A stretch of DNA of 64,000 bases from Chrysomallon squamiferum (GCA_012295275.1 CM022672.1:16740001-16804000); one strand, 5' to 3'. Counted from the first letter of the stretch, positions 1 through 15,354 are shown. Numbers and translations are program-made. Notes: generated by a model from the letters alone, not told the origin.

Positions 1-47
1 ATAAATGTATTGATTCTAAGTTTTAATCTTGTTTTTCTGTCAATTAC

Positions 48-2190
48 CTGTTGACAGTAATGTAAGAAGAATTCTCGACACTAATCACGAGCCACTCGCC
101 CTGATTGTCATCCAGGAAAGTTGTTATCTTCTTTTTTTCAGAATAATTTGTGCGCATCCACCAACTGATGATAAATCTGTTTTCAAGATGAAGATCAACT
201 GTTTCTAACGAGACTTGTGAATCTGATGTGTTAGATGGTTCAACATCAAGATCGAACTCTACAAAATGTTTCACAAATCAATTATTAGAAATTAATAATG
301 CACACTGATCTGTTCTTTAATCAGTGTAATATTTTTTGTTAAGAGACATACCGGTACATCCGGACTCTGTAGCAGTACCCTGGGATGTAGTCGTCATGCT
401 GCCTGGACACGCAATGCACGTGCTTCGTCCCTGTTCTGGCTGGTATGTACTAAGTTCACAGGGTGAACATGGAACAACGCCGGTTCTAGACACGTAACCA
501 GCTTGACAGGCCGCTATGAAATAAGTAAAGAAATTCTGTAACAGTAAATTAAAACCTGGGTACTACAACTGACTAAATTCAGCAAACTAAGAAATAACTG
601 AGATCAGTGGTCTAAACAGTACCAGAAATCAGAATGCTAAACAAAAGTTAATTAAAATTAGTAAACTAAACTGTAACTAACAGACATAGGTAAATTAAAT
701 TATAACTAACAGCAATATAAATTATACAGAAATAAGTATTTTATATAATAGTTTTAAAATCACTGTACTATAACTAAAATAGAGATCAGAAGAAGTAAAT
801 AATGACTGCCAGAAATAAGTGAATTTCAACAGTAGCTAACAGTTAATACCAAATTATATTATAACAGAAATCAGTATGATAAATAACAATTTTTTAAAAT
901 CATGAAATTAAATGATAAATACCAGAAACCAGTAAACCAACTAACATCAGAGATGAACAAATTTAACATTAACTAACTAAATAACACAAACAAAATAAAA
1001 AGACACTGACTAAAAACACATTTAAAAATTGATGACTACTTACTTTGACATGACGCTAAATCTTTACTTCCCTTGCTAACAGTAGTTTTACCAGATGGAC
1101 ACTGTTGACACGTAGTTTTTCCTTCACTGTTCTGAAACTTTCCTTTGGCACACAGATCACACGTGTTGCTTGACAGATTATGATACGATCCTTTATCACA
1201 TGGATCTGAAATAGAATATTCCAGCTACTGCTAAAAATTGTTAGTTTTATTATATTCTCGTATCATAAACAAACATTTCGGAATTCTGTTGATGAATTTA
1301 ATTTTTCTAACCAGTCCATTTATTCTTAGTTTTCTTGGTTTTAGTTTCTTTTTCTTTAATTTATTTGCTTGTTTTTTGTAGTATTTTTTTTTTTTTTTTT
1401 TTTTTAGTTCTAAGAAACTAATGGTTCTTGTGATTTTAAGTTTCTATATTTTCATTGAGAATAATATATAAATTAATACCATTGCCAGTCTTTAAAATAA
1501 ACTCACCACATTTGAAAGTTCTGTAATTTGGAAGGTGACCAGACGGGCACGAGACGGTCAAATTACCATTTTCCATGGATACAAATGTCAGATTACGTCC
1601 TTGCTCAGTACTGTTAGCTGTTTCCTTTACACCATTCATTAGATCAGCAACCCAAGCGTTAATCTCAGAGTTATCATCAACATTCTTTAAGTCAAAGGAA
1701 AATGTCACTTCGATGCTCAGTTCTCTGGAGCCTGCATCAGTGGCTCGTTTTCGACGCGTGCTTGCACCGCAGACAACCTGTCAATATAACAATCATTTAA
1801 AACATTCAATGAACATTTCTGTAGAATGTAGTTAAGCTATTTATTACAGGTATCAGGAATATACATTGCATTAAGTGTGAAAAAAACTCATTAATGTTTA
1901 GAAATAATCAATAAATTATTCATTCCATGACCAAATAAATAAATAAATAAATAAATAAAAATTAAAATACTTTAACATTTTCCATAGTGCATTTCTTGTA
2001 TAAAGAGCAGTCGATTTGGCCTGTGGTGCCTAATTCTGACAAAAATTTCTTCTTGATTTCTTCTAAGGTTTCTTTGCTTTGACAGTCTCCATTAAAATAA
2101 TAATTCAGCCTCATCCTGTATTTCACTTTTTGTGCTCGTCTCGGTTCTGTGAAATATATATTCATCATCATTTCATCATTATCATAATCT

Positions 2191-2228
<38 letters not shown>

Positions 2229-3365
2229 TTAATTAGTACTGGTTTTTACTTACTGATACAGTTTGGTATCTTATCAGCCAAATCGTAATCCTTGATGTTC
2301 CAGATACCAGAAGTGCCACACTGAAAGAGTTGCCAGTTAGGGAAACTTCTTGGAACATCTGTTCCGTTTCTGCACATTAGTTGACAAAACTGGCCACCAA
2401 ACCACGTATCACACACCATTGCTCCATTGTTAGGAGCTGGAAGAACTGGACACTGCTTTGCCACTGAAAATATTTCATTGTTTTCCTTGTAAATTCTATC
2501 TTATGTGAACTTAATGAATTGAAATAGAAAAGCTAATTAAAGATTTAAACAAATGAAAACTATATTTTTGGTTAACTCATTCCAAAAGAAGGAATTGTCA
2601 AAAATCAGTCATAGAAATTATGAAGAGTAACGACCAGAGATTGCAGAAATAACCAATATCTTGCTATTAGAACTTTTTTCATAAAACTAAGTTTAAATAT
2701 TAGCAATACAGCAATATTTGACTAGCCATGTACCTGTACAAGTAGGCTGTGTGTTTCCAAAGGTCCATGCACCATAAGGAGGATTTCCCATTTTTTCGCA
2801 AGTTACGTTGGCGGTACCCACAAGCACGAAATCCTGGTCACAGGAGAAATAGCACGGACATCCATATCTATAGCCCTGTTCACACAGGATGTTCTGATAG
2901 GGAGTACGATACAGTGTATGACAAACTAACTCTGAAAAAAAATTACACATTAAAGGAAAATCTTCTACTTTATCAGCTGATTAACAGAAGAGATAACTGT
3001 ATGCGCATTATATTGACTGACGAAGTAAAGTTTATTTTACCTTTAACAACGATCTTGATCTTTAAATGTTTTGCCTTGTTACCGGAAGAATCAGCTGCAT
3101 GATATTCAATTAGATGAACGCCCACACTGAATGATGAACCCGACTCGTGACCTATGACCTGCTTGGGGATGACTGTCTTTGGAGAGTTGTCGACCACCTC
3201 TGGTCGAATGAAAGTAACACGAGTGGAGTTCGCACCGCGGTCAGCAAAAGCAGTTATAACACGTGGATATGGCGCAAACTTTGGCCTCTCCATGTCTGAA
3301 ATGAAAAATAATAATAAAGATATTGATAAATCATAAGTAAAACAGTCATTTCTGATTTGTACTGT

Positions 3366-3453
<88 letters not shown>

Positions 3454-6400
3454 TTGCATCTCTCTCTCTCACCTTTGCATCTGACACGTTGTCCACTCCA
3501 GCGTTTGTTTGCCTGACAAACATGGGATCGTCTCTTTCCTGGCGGGATGTCATAACCAGGTTGAGTACAACTATAAGAACAGATACTGCGAAACTTCCAG
3601 TTATCTGAACACTGCAGCTCCATCCCAAACGGTGCTCTCAATGGAGGACATTCCTTTTCTGAAATTCGGAGCATTAATATGTTAATTTATTTGTAAAATA
3701 AAACTCAGTATTAATATGAGTTAAATACTGACGTGTAGAGAGGTGGGACAAAATGTGATATTACTGTCTTACTTTCACAGGAGGGAAAAGGCGCTGACCA
3801 CTTTCCAGTTTTAAGACATTTGATGATGTTTGTTGAACTTCCTATTAATTCGTGACCCTCATAACATCCGTACCAGCAGACACTACCAAGACGATAATCT
3901 GTGCTAAGATGACAAATTCTGTAACCGTTTGACACTTTTGGAGGAGCTGGTGCACAACGTATTACTGAAATATGATTATAAGAGAAGTGTTTAGTTTTTG
4001 ATGTTTTTGTTAATTTTTAGCACTGTCCATATCTTGTTGTTTTTTGTTGTTGTTGCTGTTTTTCCATTTTAAACATTCGTATATACAAACTAACAGAAAT
4101 AACAACCAGTTTCATTATATAATAAAACATCTGCTTATTTTTGCAAGGAGATTATTCCGTCAGAAAAAGAAAAGAAAAAGAAACATCCAAAGTAGCATAA
4201 CGAACACGTATATTTATGTTGATAAAGAATATTATATGCTGAAAATGTTGTATTGATAATGAAAATAATTTTATTCTAGTTTTAGTTTTGATCATAAAAA
4301 CACTTTAAGCTTTTACCGTGTACATTTATTTTGAATGAGCAGGTGGCCATGTTGCCAGCACGGTCTTGTGCTGTATATCGCATAACGGTGAAAGGTTCTG
4401 AAAACAGTCTTCCTGGTGCCAGGCCATGTCGTACTGGACTGTAAATACAATACTAAAATAACACGTGTCCATACAGCACTCTCAATTAAACATTCTTCAA
4501 TTTTTATGTGACTGAAGAAATAAAATACAAACCCCAAAACCCTCAACATTATTAACATTTATAATGCAGTATTATTATACAATACCTCTGCAATTTAATA
4601 TAAGTATGAATTAAAAATACCTAAAATTACTTAAATATAAACTAGAAAAAGAAAATGAATTGTAAAAGCAATTGTAAATAACTGTAAAGAGAACATCAGT
4701 TTAATGAATGATCTTCTCTTGTATTGTCTTAAATTTGTTCCTGTTTTAGAAACTATATGTTTACCCCTAAATATATAGTTTATATACATATAAAAATTCA
4801 ATAGATTGTTTTAACACTTTTCTTTTAATGTTTTGTAACTGATTCCATGAATCTTTTTGTTATTGTTATGTATAACAAGTAAATGATTAAAATATCTACG
4901 TCTAAGCAAATCATATGATTGTAATATTTAAATATGTGATTTGATAATGACACTTGTGCATGAACTAAAAATATATTATTTTAATTTCATGTCTATCACT
5001 CACGTAATTATGCCATCTCTGTTGTCATAAGCCGTTGGTTCTTTCCAGCTGACTTTGGTATGAGTTTGAATGGGATCTGCAGTGACGTGAATATCAGACG
5101 GACAACCAATGATCTGGGGTCTCTGTCGATCTGTAAGTGATTGTGATATAATAGGGATATGTTATCCTTGATGCAAACTCAGTTTCTCAATTTTTATTAT
5201 AGTGTATCAAAGATAGGTTAGCAACAGATAGATTATCATACAGCTTCTAATTCTTTGAGAATCCAGTGCCGACATGAAGGTCTAGATTTAACAATAAAGA
5301 CTGAAATACAAATGATATTTATTATTTTTAAGAGAAAAAACAACCCCTAAAAATGTGGAAATGAAATATATCAGGTTAATATTGTTTCTCTTTTTTTTAA
5401 TTTCATTTCTTTTTTTTAATTTTCTGTATATTAGAAAAATAAAAACTTTAAGTGAACATTAAATCTCTTTCCCAAAATATTTCCTGTTTTCTTTCCTTTT
5501 TTTTGTGACCATTTTTATAGTTCGTGGACTTCCATAACAATCCAACAAACAAATAAAATAAATAAATAAATAAAAAAGAATGTAAAAATATAATTAGATA
5601 ATGAATGTAAATCATAAAACTGATGTTAATTATGTCTCGATAAATACTTGGACAGTTCTCAGATGAAGCATGCTAATACTTCTTACATCAATGTAATGTT
5701 TAGAATGTTCCCAGTACTGTCTGTCTGCAAGAGTTCTAACCTAACTAGATTTAAAATTAGTAAAGATATTTCAAGATGTACTAACATGCGATTTGTACAT
5801 AGTTATAAAATAGCAGGAATAATTAATTACCTGCAGGGACTCCGCATCCAAATATCCAGCAGCCTAAATCCTAAAACCATCCACGTTTACGACGATGGTG
5901 TTCTATAAATTCGGGTCTTGTTTTTCTTCGTAGTAACTTTATGGCTGCAAGCTTGTCAGAAGCTACAATAAATAACAATTATGTTACAGAAAACTGTAAC
6001 ATTGTAAATTCTGACTTTTGTGCCATTAAAATACTAACAAAATACTGACTTCTGAACTGATAAAATTATATAAAGAAATTAATTTTTGCATGTGTCATAT
6101 TTGTTTTGGTACTTTGTTTTATTTTTTTTTTTTTTTATTGTACGTTTGTTTGTTTTTTGTATTGTTTTATTTATTTATTTTTTTTTTTAGTTTTTTTTTT
6201 ATTTACTATAAATTTGTGTGTGTGTGTGTGTGTGTGTGTGTCTTGTTTGATGGAAAAAAATCGAAGAACTTCATAAATATAACTGTGTTTGTATATGAAT
6301 GTGTATCTGTGTTTGTATATATATGCAAATAATACAAACATACATATATACACACACACTTACATACATATACACATACAAGTACATACGTACATACATA

Positions 6401-9400
6401 TTTACACATATATTCAAATACAGATTCTCAGAGACATACAAATATATACAACAGTTTTAAGTTCTCACCCTCACAGTTTGTGTTACCGCCCTGCCACTGG
6501 CCAGAATGACATTGTTTCCACGAAGTCACTAAACTCGTCTCACACAGAAACTTACAGCTTCCTCCTTCGCTGATTTCATCAGACTTGGTAGGTTTGTTGT
6601 CAACGCGACAGTCCAGTGAGCCAGGTTCTGCTGGGAGATCTCGTGTAGAACACACTGAAGAGCACTAAAATATATAAATATTAAAATTATAAGAAGAATA
6701 TAATAGAATATATTTGTTAAATAAACACATTCATGATGAAAATACATTAAAAGAAAATAAACAACGAAATAAGGTTAAATTATGAATAGAAGTAGTTTTA
6801 GAAATAATGGTAAAATTTTGTATCAACCCTTCCACCTTCTTGTTAGATAAAGAAAGACCTGCGACGTCATAAACATTCCGTGATCTTTTTTTCTTTTTTT
6901 TACAAAATAAAATTTAAAAAAATAATTACAAAAAATAGCGCCAATTTAGAAAGTCGTTAAATTAAATTACAACCAATTTCGTACTGTATTAAATACACAG
7001 TATATAAATTCAGGACTATGTTTAAATGATAATAATACTAACAACAACAGCAACAATAATAACAATAATAATAATAATAACTACAAAGATAATAACAAAA
7101 ATAAGATTTCAAACATTCATATTAAAAACGAATTGTGTCTCATTTCTTTTTTTTAACTATCTTTTTTTTTCTTTTTTTTTTTTTTCTTTTCATTTAACTC
7201 CAAATTTCATTTTTTGTGAGAACTTGTTTGGAAATCAAAACAGATTTGTCAGACGGAATTATGAAATGATTTTATTTTATCCATCAGTCTGTCTACCTGT
7301 CACAGTTTGTCTTCTTGTTTAACCGTAATTTTAAATAATGACTATGTTAACCTAGTCCCCTACTGATATATTATCAGTCAACATCAGTTTACATTTATAT
7401 TCAAAATTCCATATGAATGGTGTAGATCTAAGGATCACACAGAACAAAATAAAGCAATTCTTAATGGGGGTGTAAGAAGATATATATTTTTTAACTAAAA
7501 AATTGTCATGTCAGGCAACTTGGATGTTTCTCAGATTATCTAGATTATTTACATCATTGTAAAGGACAAACAAAAACTAATACTTCTTGCCCACCAAGGT
7601 TATGTGTAACACAACAGGTAATCTCTGCTCTTCTTTAGTTACAGCTAAAATAATCTACGTCCGGGTCTACAACTTCTCAGAAATCAGACTGAAGAGGTTT
7701 CGGGTTAAACCCAAAAGACAAAACAGTTAAGTGAGGTGACCAGTATCATGATGTCATTGTTTAAAACATGCGATATTTCAAGTATATTCATGAAAATCAA
7801 CAAATTTTTCTGTATGATTTTCTTTTTTATTTTTATTTTTTTTTTTATTTAAAATGAAAACAACAAACATATAAACAAAGCTTAAACTGTAGGCTTTGTT
7901 CTTTTACTGTGATGTATTTTTTTATTATTATCTTCCTTATTCAACATGAATAGGATAAGGCACTGTAGACAAAAAGCATACAAAATATAAGCGAGACAGG
8001 AACAGGTTGGGAAACGTTTTGGCGTTTTAACCTCTAATTCTAATACAGATCGGAAAAAAAACACTCTTGGCAGTTTAAATTAAACTTTCATTATTTAGGA
8101 ACAACTACAAATACTTGAAATATTTTGATTTGTTATTCTCTTTTAATTATTAAAACAGGCTGGTGCAGTTGGATCAGTCCATAAATACTCTCAAATTAGA
8201 ACAAAACAAGTGATTTATTTTTAATATCTTGGAATGCAACTGATAAACATTTAAATCAAAACCAACAACATAAAATCGTATAATGAAGACAAAACGAAAA
8301 TATTTATTTTCATCCGATAATTTGTCATAAAGGCATATGTGTATAGTTATGTGTATATGTTTCTTCCACATAAAATAGCTTTGTTGAAGTGAAAAACAGT
8401 TTTATTATTATAAAAGTACAAACATCCACGAAAGTAAAATTGTGTCAGCTTTGAGACAGCTTGAGACAACGTATTACACAAGATACACTCAAATAAGTAC
8501 AAAATCAGGATGTCCAAGCGTAGCCAAATTGGCAGCCTGTAATAAGACAAACGTAGATGATTTCCATTCCAGTTTCGGCCTATGTAGTTGGAAATTCCTT
8601 CTGATATTGTTCAGTCAGTTTTCTTAGCATCTTAGAAACCAATAGGAACGAACATGCGACATTGTTAGTATATATTCAGTCAGTTTTTCCTCTGCCACTT
8701 ACAGCTTTTGAGAAGGATTTAAACTCTTGGTCCCCGTTGCCTTTCCTTAACTGCACGTTTAAAGTCTCTTTCGGAATACGTAAAGTATCGGCTATTCCTT
8801 CTGTAATATTCTCTACAGCATATTTCAAGATACTGACACCTGTCTTCGATTGCTCTTCGTTTGGTATGTTCTCACCACCTGATATTATTATTATATCATT
8901 TTCTTGATATCAGCAATTGAATTACTAAAACTGTACAAGAAAATGATCATATAATACGATAATACCCAGGCCCGAACTTCGCCAGACAGTGTGCTTTCGT
9001 TTTAGTTTGAACTGTTCTTTCCTGACCAGTAGTTGTCAGCTTGTTCAAATCTAATTATCTTCATAAGTGTTTTCGGAATTCAATATGACAAAAATTACCT
9101 TTGAAAATAAATAACCTTTACTTATATGTAAGAAGTTGAATGTTGCAAAAACGGAATTAGAATATGATTTGATTTTATCCATCAGTCTGTCTCCCTGTCG
9201 CAGTTTTTCTTTCTATCTAATTTTCTATTGCGTAAAAAAGAAAAAAAAGAAAAATCCCTAAAACATGCAGTCTCGTCCTATTTCCCTGATATGACTAATT
9301 TTGAAGACAAATATCTATCATACAGTTCTTCAAGAAACATGAATAGCAACGCTACGTGCGATATGAAATTATGGACGGTTAATATTTAACAGCTTACCAA

Positions 9401-11234
9401 AATGCAAAATAAATGTGTCTATAATTCAGCTTATTTTGCATTATTCTCTAAGACAGCGCGGCAAGCTCTGGGGTATTTTGGGGCCATTATATATAATAAT
9501 TTATGACCTCAGAAAATTCATTACGCCACCTAACTCATTATTATTTCAAAATCAGAAGAACACCAGTGTTGGCATTACAAAGCATTGAGTAGATATATCT
9601 ATCTGTCTCTCTGTCTGTATATCTAAAAAAAAATCCCACTCATATATTCTTTGATTTAGCATATAGGCTGTTGCAAATTGTTATGGGATCTGATGTCATT
9701 CAGTGCCATTTCAAGTTGAAATACTTGCATTATTCGATTAAATACATTCAGTAGCCGATGCAGAACAGTTCATTATCATATACACCACTGGAGAGATTTC
9801 ATATGGATATGTTTGTAACCAAAGAAGACAATAAAAATGTTATTTTATATGTTTTGACAGGCAAATAAGTAATCTAACTGTAATTTTAAATATGTTAGCC
9901 CAATCCCCTACTGATATATTCAGTCAACATCAGTTAACATTTATGTTCATTATTCCATTGAATGGTTTAGATCTAAGGATCACACAGAACAAAATAAATC
10001 ATTTTTTAATGGGACGTGTGGGATTTAGAAGATATTGTTTATGTAATTTCAAGCAGTTTGGATTTGTATTGCTCTTTTGTTTGTTTCATTATTACATTAC
10101 TTACATTATTACGAGCATAACAACACATAATTCGTAGCCTGCAGATCTCTTGCTGAAAAGATCAGTTATATCTAAAATAGTCTACGTCCGGGTCTACAAT
10201 TTCTCAGAACCAAGACTGAACAAGTTTCGGGTTAAACTCACACTCAAACGCGTTGTTATTTATGAAGAAAGCTGCCAGGTGAAATAAATTATTAATATCA
10301 AAATGTCATGTAAAAAATGTGATATTTAAAGTATTTTCAAGAAAATGAATGAAAAACATGATTTTTTGGTGTTGTTTTTTATATTTTTATTTTTATATAT
10401 TTTTTTTATTTGATTTTTTATTTCTTTTTAATTCATTTAAAAAAAAAAAAGCATAAGGCAAAGCTAAAAATCAATTAAATGATGGGCTTTGTTTATTTCC
10501 TGTGATGGATTTTATTTATATTTACCTCCTCATTCAATATATATAGCATAAGGCATAAGACACAAGCATACAAAATAGGAAAACGGGATGGAAATCGTCA
10601 ATATTTGTCTTATTACAGGCTGCAGCTCTGGTTATGCTTGTACATTCAGATTTTGTACTTATTTGATTATATCATTGTCTCAAGCTGCCTCAATGCGAAT
10701 ACAACGTTGACAGGGGCATTATGTTTTACATTTATTTTCGTGGATATTTTGCACTTTTATAATAATAAAACTGATTTCCAGTACAACAAAGTCATTTTAT
10801 ATGGAGAAACAACTATACATATATGCCTTTGTGCCAAATTATCGGATGACAATAAACATTTTTGTTCTGTCTTCAATATACGACTTTGTGTTTTGATTTA
10901 AATATCACCTTTTTTACATGACATTTTGATATTAGTCATTTCACCTGACTACTTGCTTCATAAATGACAATGCGTTTGAGTGTGGGTTTAACCCGAAACT
11001 TGTACAGTCTTATTTCTGCGAAGCTATAGACTCGGACGTAGACTATTTTAGACATAATTGATCTTTTCAAGAAGAACACTGTAGGCTACTGCATATGTGT
11101 AGTGTTGCTTTAAACTTGGTTAGCAAAAGGTATAGGTTTCTATTTGTCCTTTACAATAATCTAAGTAATGTAAATAATCTTTGAAACGAAACTGCAATAA
11201 ACATCCAAGCTGCTTGATATGACAATTTTTGTTT

Positions 11235-11313
<79 letters not shown>

Positions 11314-14300
11314 TAATTAATTAATTAAATTAAATTAAATTAAATTAATATAAATATATTAGGTCCTCAAAAGCGACTTTCTGTTTTGGAACTACAAGGT
11401 TGACTCATAAGTATAATTATTGGTCTTTTTATCCTTATTTCCGTATAATTTTTTAATATTTAATTTTTCGAGGCTTTTCATATATAAAAGCTATTTTGAA
11501 GATTTCTCGATGTTTAAGGGCGAGATTGTCCATGATAAAACTTATTTCATAACTTGCCATACTATGTGCTCCAATATCAATTCAATTTTAATAACTGTGC
11601 AAAGTATATTCACTTCTACTTGTACTACAAACATACTTTTTATATCAAATTAATCAGAATTAACAAAAAAAGATCTACATGATGAAATACATTTCGATAC
11701 ATTTTCAGTACCTGTTTCTTATAACCTGTTTGAATGTGGGCGTGGATGTTGTGAAACAAATGTCAAACCAAGGAGGAGACTGAATAAGGAAATATGTATA
11801 TAGCATGTTTTGAACCAAGTTTCAAACATAACATGCTTAATTTTCCCCACTTATACTAAATAAGCACATTTATTCCATCAGCGTTTCCAATAATTATTAA
11901 ATAACAAGGTAAATAATGCAGAATAAGCAATGATAGATGAGAAGGCAATTTTTACATCACAACAACAGTTGAAAAACTGAAGTCACGTGACCGTACTTTT
12001 TTTTTTTTTCTCGCGCTTTTTCTGGGATCAGAAATAAATAAACTGCTCAAAGCCTTTACAGGTTATGCGTCGAACACTTCCGATACACAGCCTGTAACTA
12101 AAATTATGCCGAGAAGTAATGTGCTTAAATAATTTGAGACAGTCAGAAATTGTAAATATAGCGGCTCTGATATTATTTCAACTCAGAATTAATCATTTAA
12201 ATGGTAATTTTATGAAAAGAATGGTCATTCCAACAACAAATAAGAATATTCAAATAGAATTCAGGAGGTTCTGGTTGCTGAGAATCAGCTTGAACCGGCT
12301 TCAGAGGCCATGGAAACACGAACAGTTGACGTCTCTCTGATGTAAGGGAGAGGGGATTCTGATCGATAAGCTGCTTTAAGCTACAGCTATATGGTTCTTT
12401 AAAAGAAGAAATATTTCTCTTTCAGATTATAATTTTCGAAAGGAGTCTTTTGCCCGAAAACACTCAAGAGACTAGACCAAAGATTTTCTTCAAGGTTTTC
12501 TACAGTTCTTAAGGCAAAGCTTTGTATATTGGACAATCGAATGAAGTTTATATATTGGCTATTTATATGAAGCAAGTTCGTAGAATAAGCATGAAAAAAA
12601 TATATAATTATTTTGTTCCATTATAGGTGCATACTAAAGTTGGTAAATATTAATATTAATATTTTTTTCAAAAATTCGTTCAAGCGGGCATTACTATCAA
12701 GTAACATATTTTCAAGGACAAGTATTATCTGAGGTAAAGTATTATTCTTTGGCAGATTATCAAATTTTTTGTTATAATTATAGTAAGCATCGAAAATAAA
12801 CAGTGTGATCATTTGATATAAATAAGCCAATGGGAAAAGCGTATTTTTTCCTTCCTTGATTGGCAAAAGATAAATAAAACATTTGCTTGGAAAACGACTC
12901 ACACACACACACAAAAGGATTAATGTTATTTACAACACCGCCGGTGTATTTTAAAGTGATAAAGTAATATTATAGATCTGATATTTTTTTGTTTGGCATT
13001 AAATATGATAATCTGGTATTTCTTTCTTGTACCCGTTGTATAAAGACTGACTGCTCTTTCAAGTGAAAAGATCAGATAATTTGTTAACACGCACAGGCTT
13101 GAACAGTTTTATTTGAGAAGCATTATTCACACACACACACACAATTTGTATCAACATTAAAAAAAAAAAAAAAATTATCGTTGCTTTCTTCGACAAGTTA
13201 TAAAGTCTTTGGAACACAGAAAGCATGGAAAATAACTTCCAAGAAATACTGATGTTACTGATTTAAATAAATAATAGGAAACAACATAACAAACTGAGTC
13301 TGACTAACTACATAAAAAATATTGAAAAGATAAAAGATTGTATTTCTTAGGCCACTAGCATATTTCTGTATAAAATACTATGTTTCTTACTGGCTTGTTA
13401 TTCTACAGGTAACACTTTAAGTTTAGCAAAGATTTATAGCCAAATTAAACTAAAATGATTTGGATGTTTAAAAGAAATATGTTTATTTTGTTGACACACC
13501 ATCACAGGTAATACTAATATCAGTAAGGAGTTAAACTCCGTTTTGTGTTTTATTTTTCTGATAGAACAGAAATGTTAAGCTGAAACTTTTTCCTTATACA
13601 TTATCTAATGATAGCTGCTCGTTCAAGTAAAGCACTAAGGTAACAAGAAGAAGAGTTGAAAGCAATGGCGTATAACGGTTGTTGTGTAATAGCTTGGAAC
13701 GTTCCTCCCCTTAAAGGAAAAAAGAAAAGAAAAAAAGAATTTTCCTTTATAATCCATGATTATATGAGATTAGTGAGAGAACTTAATATTTAACTCGAAT
13801 TTACCATCAATTTATCACGGATATGATACCATGTCTGTGTGTGTGTGTGTGTGTGTGTGTGGTGATTTATGTTTAACTTACTTTTTATTATCTTCTTTAG
13901 TACAAAATAAGAATTAAAATATACTTATTATGGGATCGTTTGGTTTTTCTTCCTGGACTGAAATAATTCTAGTTTCATATTAAAGTACCAACTTTATTCA
14001 ACGATCAAGACATAATCTGTACACAAAGAAAAATGTTAAAGATTCATCGTAGTTTCAGTGGCTAATAAAAATAGTGCAGCTATGACATTATTGTCAAAAT
14101 GGACAAATAAAAATGAATATGTTCTGTAACAAAAACATTTATGAGGACATTTTAAAAGCACCTTCTGACAATAAAAATGTACGTATTTTGTAACAGATAT
14201 ACTTTAACAGTAATAACAACAATCCAATTGCTTCAGCATTATGGACACATACTAAACAATATTGGGATTTGCATAAAAAGCAAATCCTTTCTGCAGTTTA

Positions 14301-15354
14301 GTCACTTAATTAACACAGTATTTGTTTCATACGGCGTCACTAATTTTCTTGTCATATTGTGTTCACAGTTAATGCAATAGATAAATGTCATTAAAATTAT
14401 TTTCACAGCAAACAGATTTTTGTAATATACATATAGTTGATATCATTATAATATTTTAATTTGTTTTATTTTAAACACTTTCTCTCTGACCTTAAATTCT
14501 TACATAATTATCATTTTACGTTATGTTTATTTTCAAAAACCAATATATCTAAATATATTAGATTTATATTACAAAATTTTTGAAACAAACGGGCAGATAC
14601 CTTACGCAGATATAACCAAGCATAAGTCCCTATATTTTAGTTGCTATCTAATTCGGTTGTTTAATTTTAATTTTCAAATTTATCACCTGAAGCCTTACCA
14701 TTCTACTTTTTTATGATTGTTTTCCTTTTTTTTTTTTTTTTCAATAATACAAAAAAATATGTTTATTTAGAGAAACTGTGGGATAGCGTCATTTTTCCTT
14801 AATGGATTCACACAAAAAAAAAGAATTAAGAAGTCGATGAAAATCGGCAGCATTGAATCGGGATATATACTGAAAGAAAATAATTTTAATTATGACCAAG
14901 GGGAAATAGAATTGTTGGAGAGGGACAACATATTGAAGACTTCCAAATTCCTCAATTATAAAAACATAATCTAAAAAGGAAACATTTTAAATATTAATTT
15001 ATACAACATACGCCTCACTGCCCTATACTATATAAGACAATAAGATAATGACATGTATATGTATGTCTGTATGTGTGTATGTATGTATGTATTTGACGCC
15101 TAAACTCTTCATATAAATACACATGCACACACATATACACATACGCACGCACACACGCACACACACATTAATGCATGTATTCAATGCAATATTTACCATT
15201 AATGTAATGTTTTTAGACTGTGCCTTTATCTTATAGAGCACAAGCCAGTAAAAGCTATGTGCATACACGTTGTTTTACAAGAAAGATATGCAACATAGTT
15301 ATGTGCCTTTATCTTACAGTAAAATGAATAATTATCATTTTGCGCCTGAACTCT

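Noticed and set aside
2973-3674. 233-aa ORF with poly-ER tract as a single CDS
   Set aside because: It reads through a (GA)n-containing intron (3296-3472) between two real exons.
8347-10901. Paralogous small ORFs MSYYRL... at 8347-8550 (-) and 10605-10901 (+)
   Set aside because: Similarity is explained by the local inverted duplication; non-ATG starts, divergent frames, no recognisable domain.
13600-13712. Possible extra exon of paralog A after a strong polypyrimidine-AG
   Set aside because: Phase-0 reading hits TAG, there is no convincing donor, and it is not needed to join the leader to exon 2.
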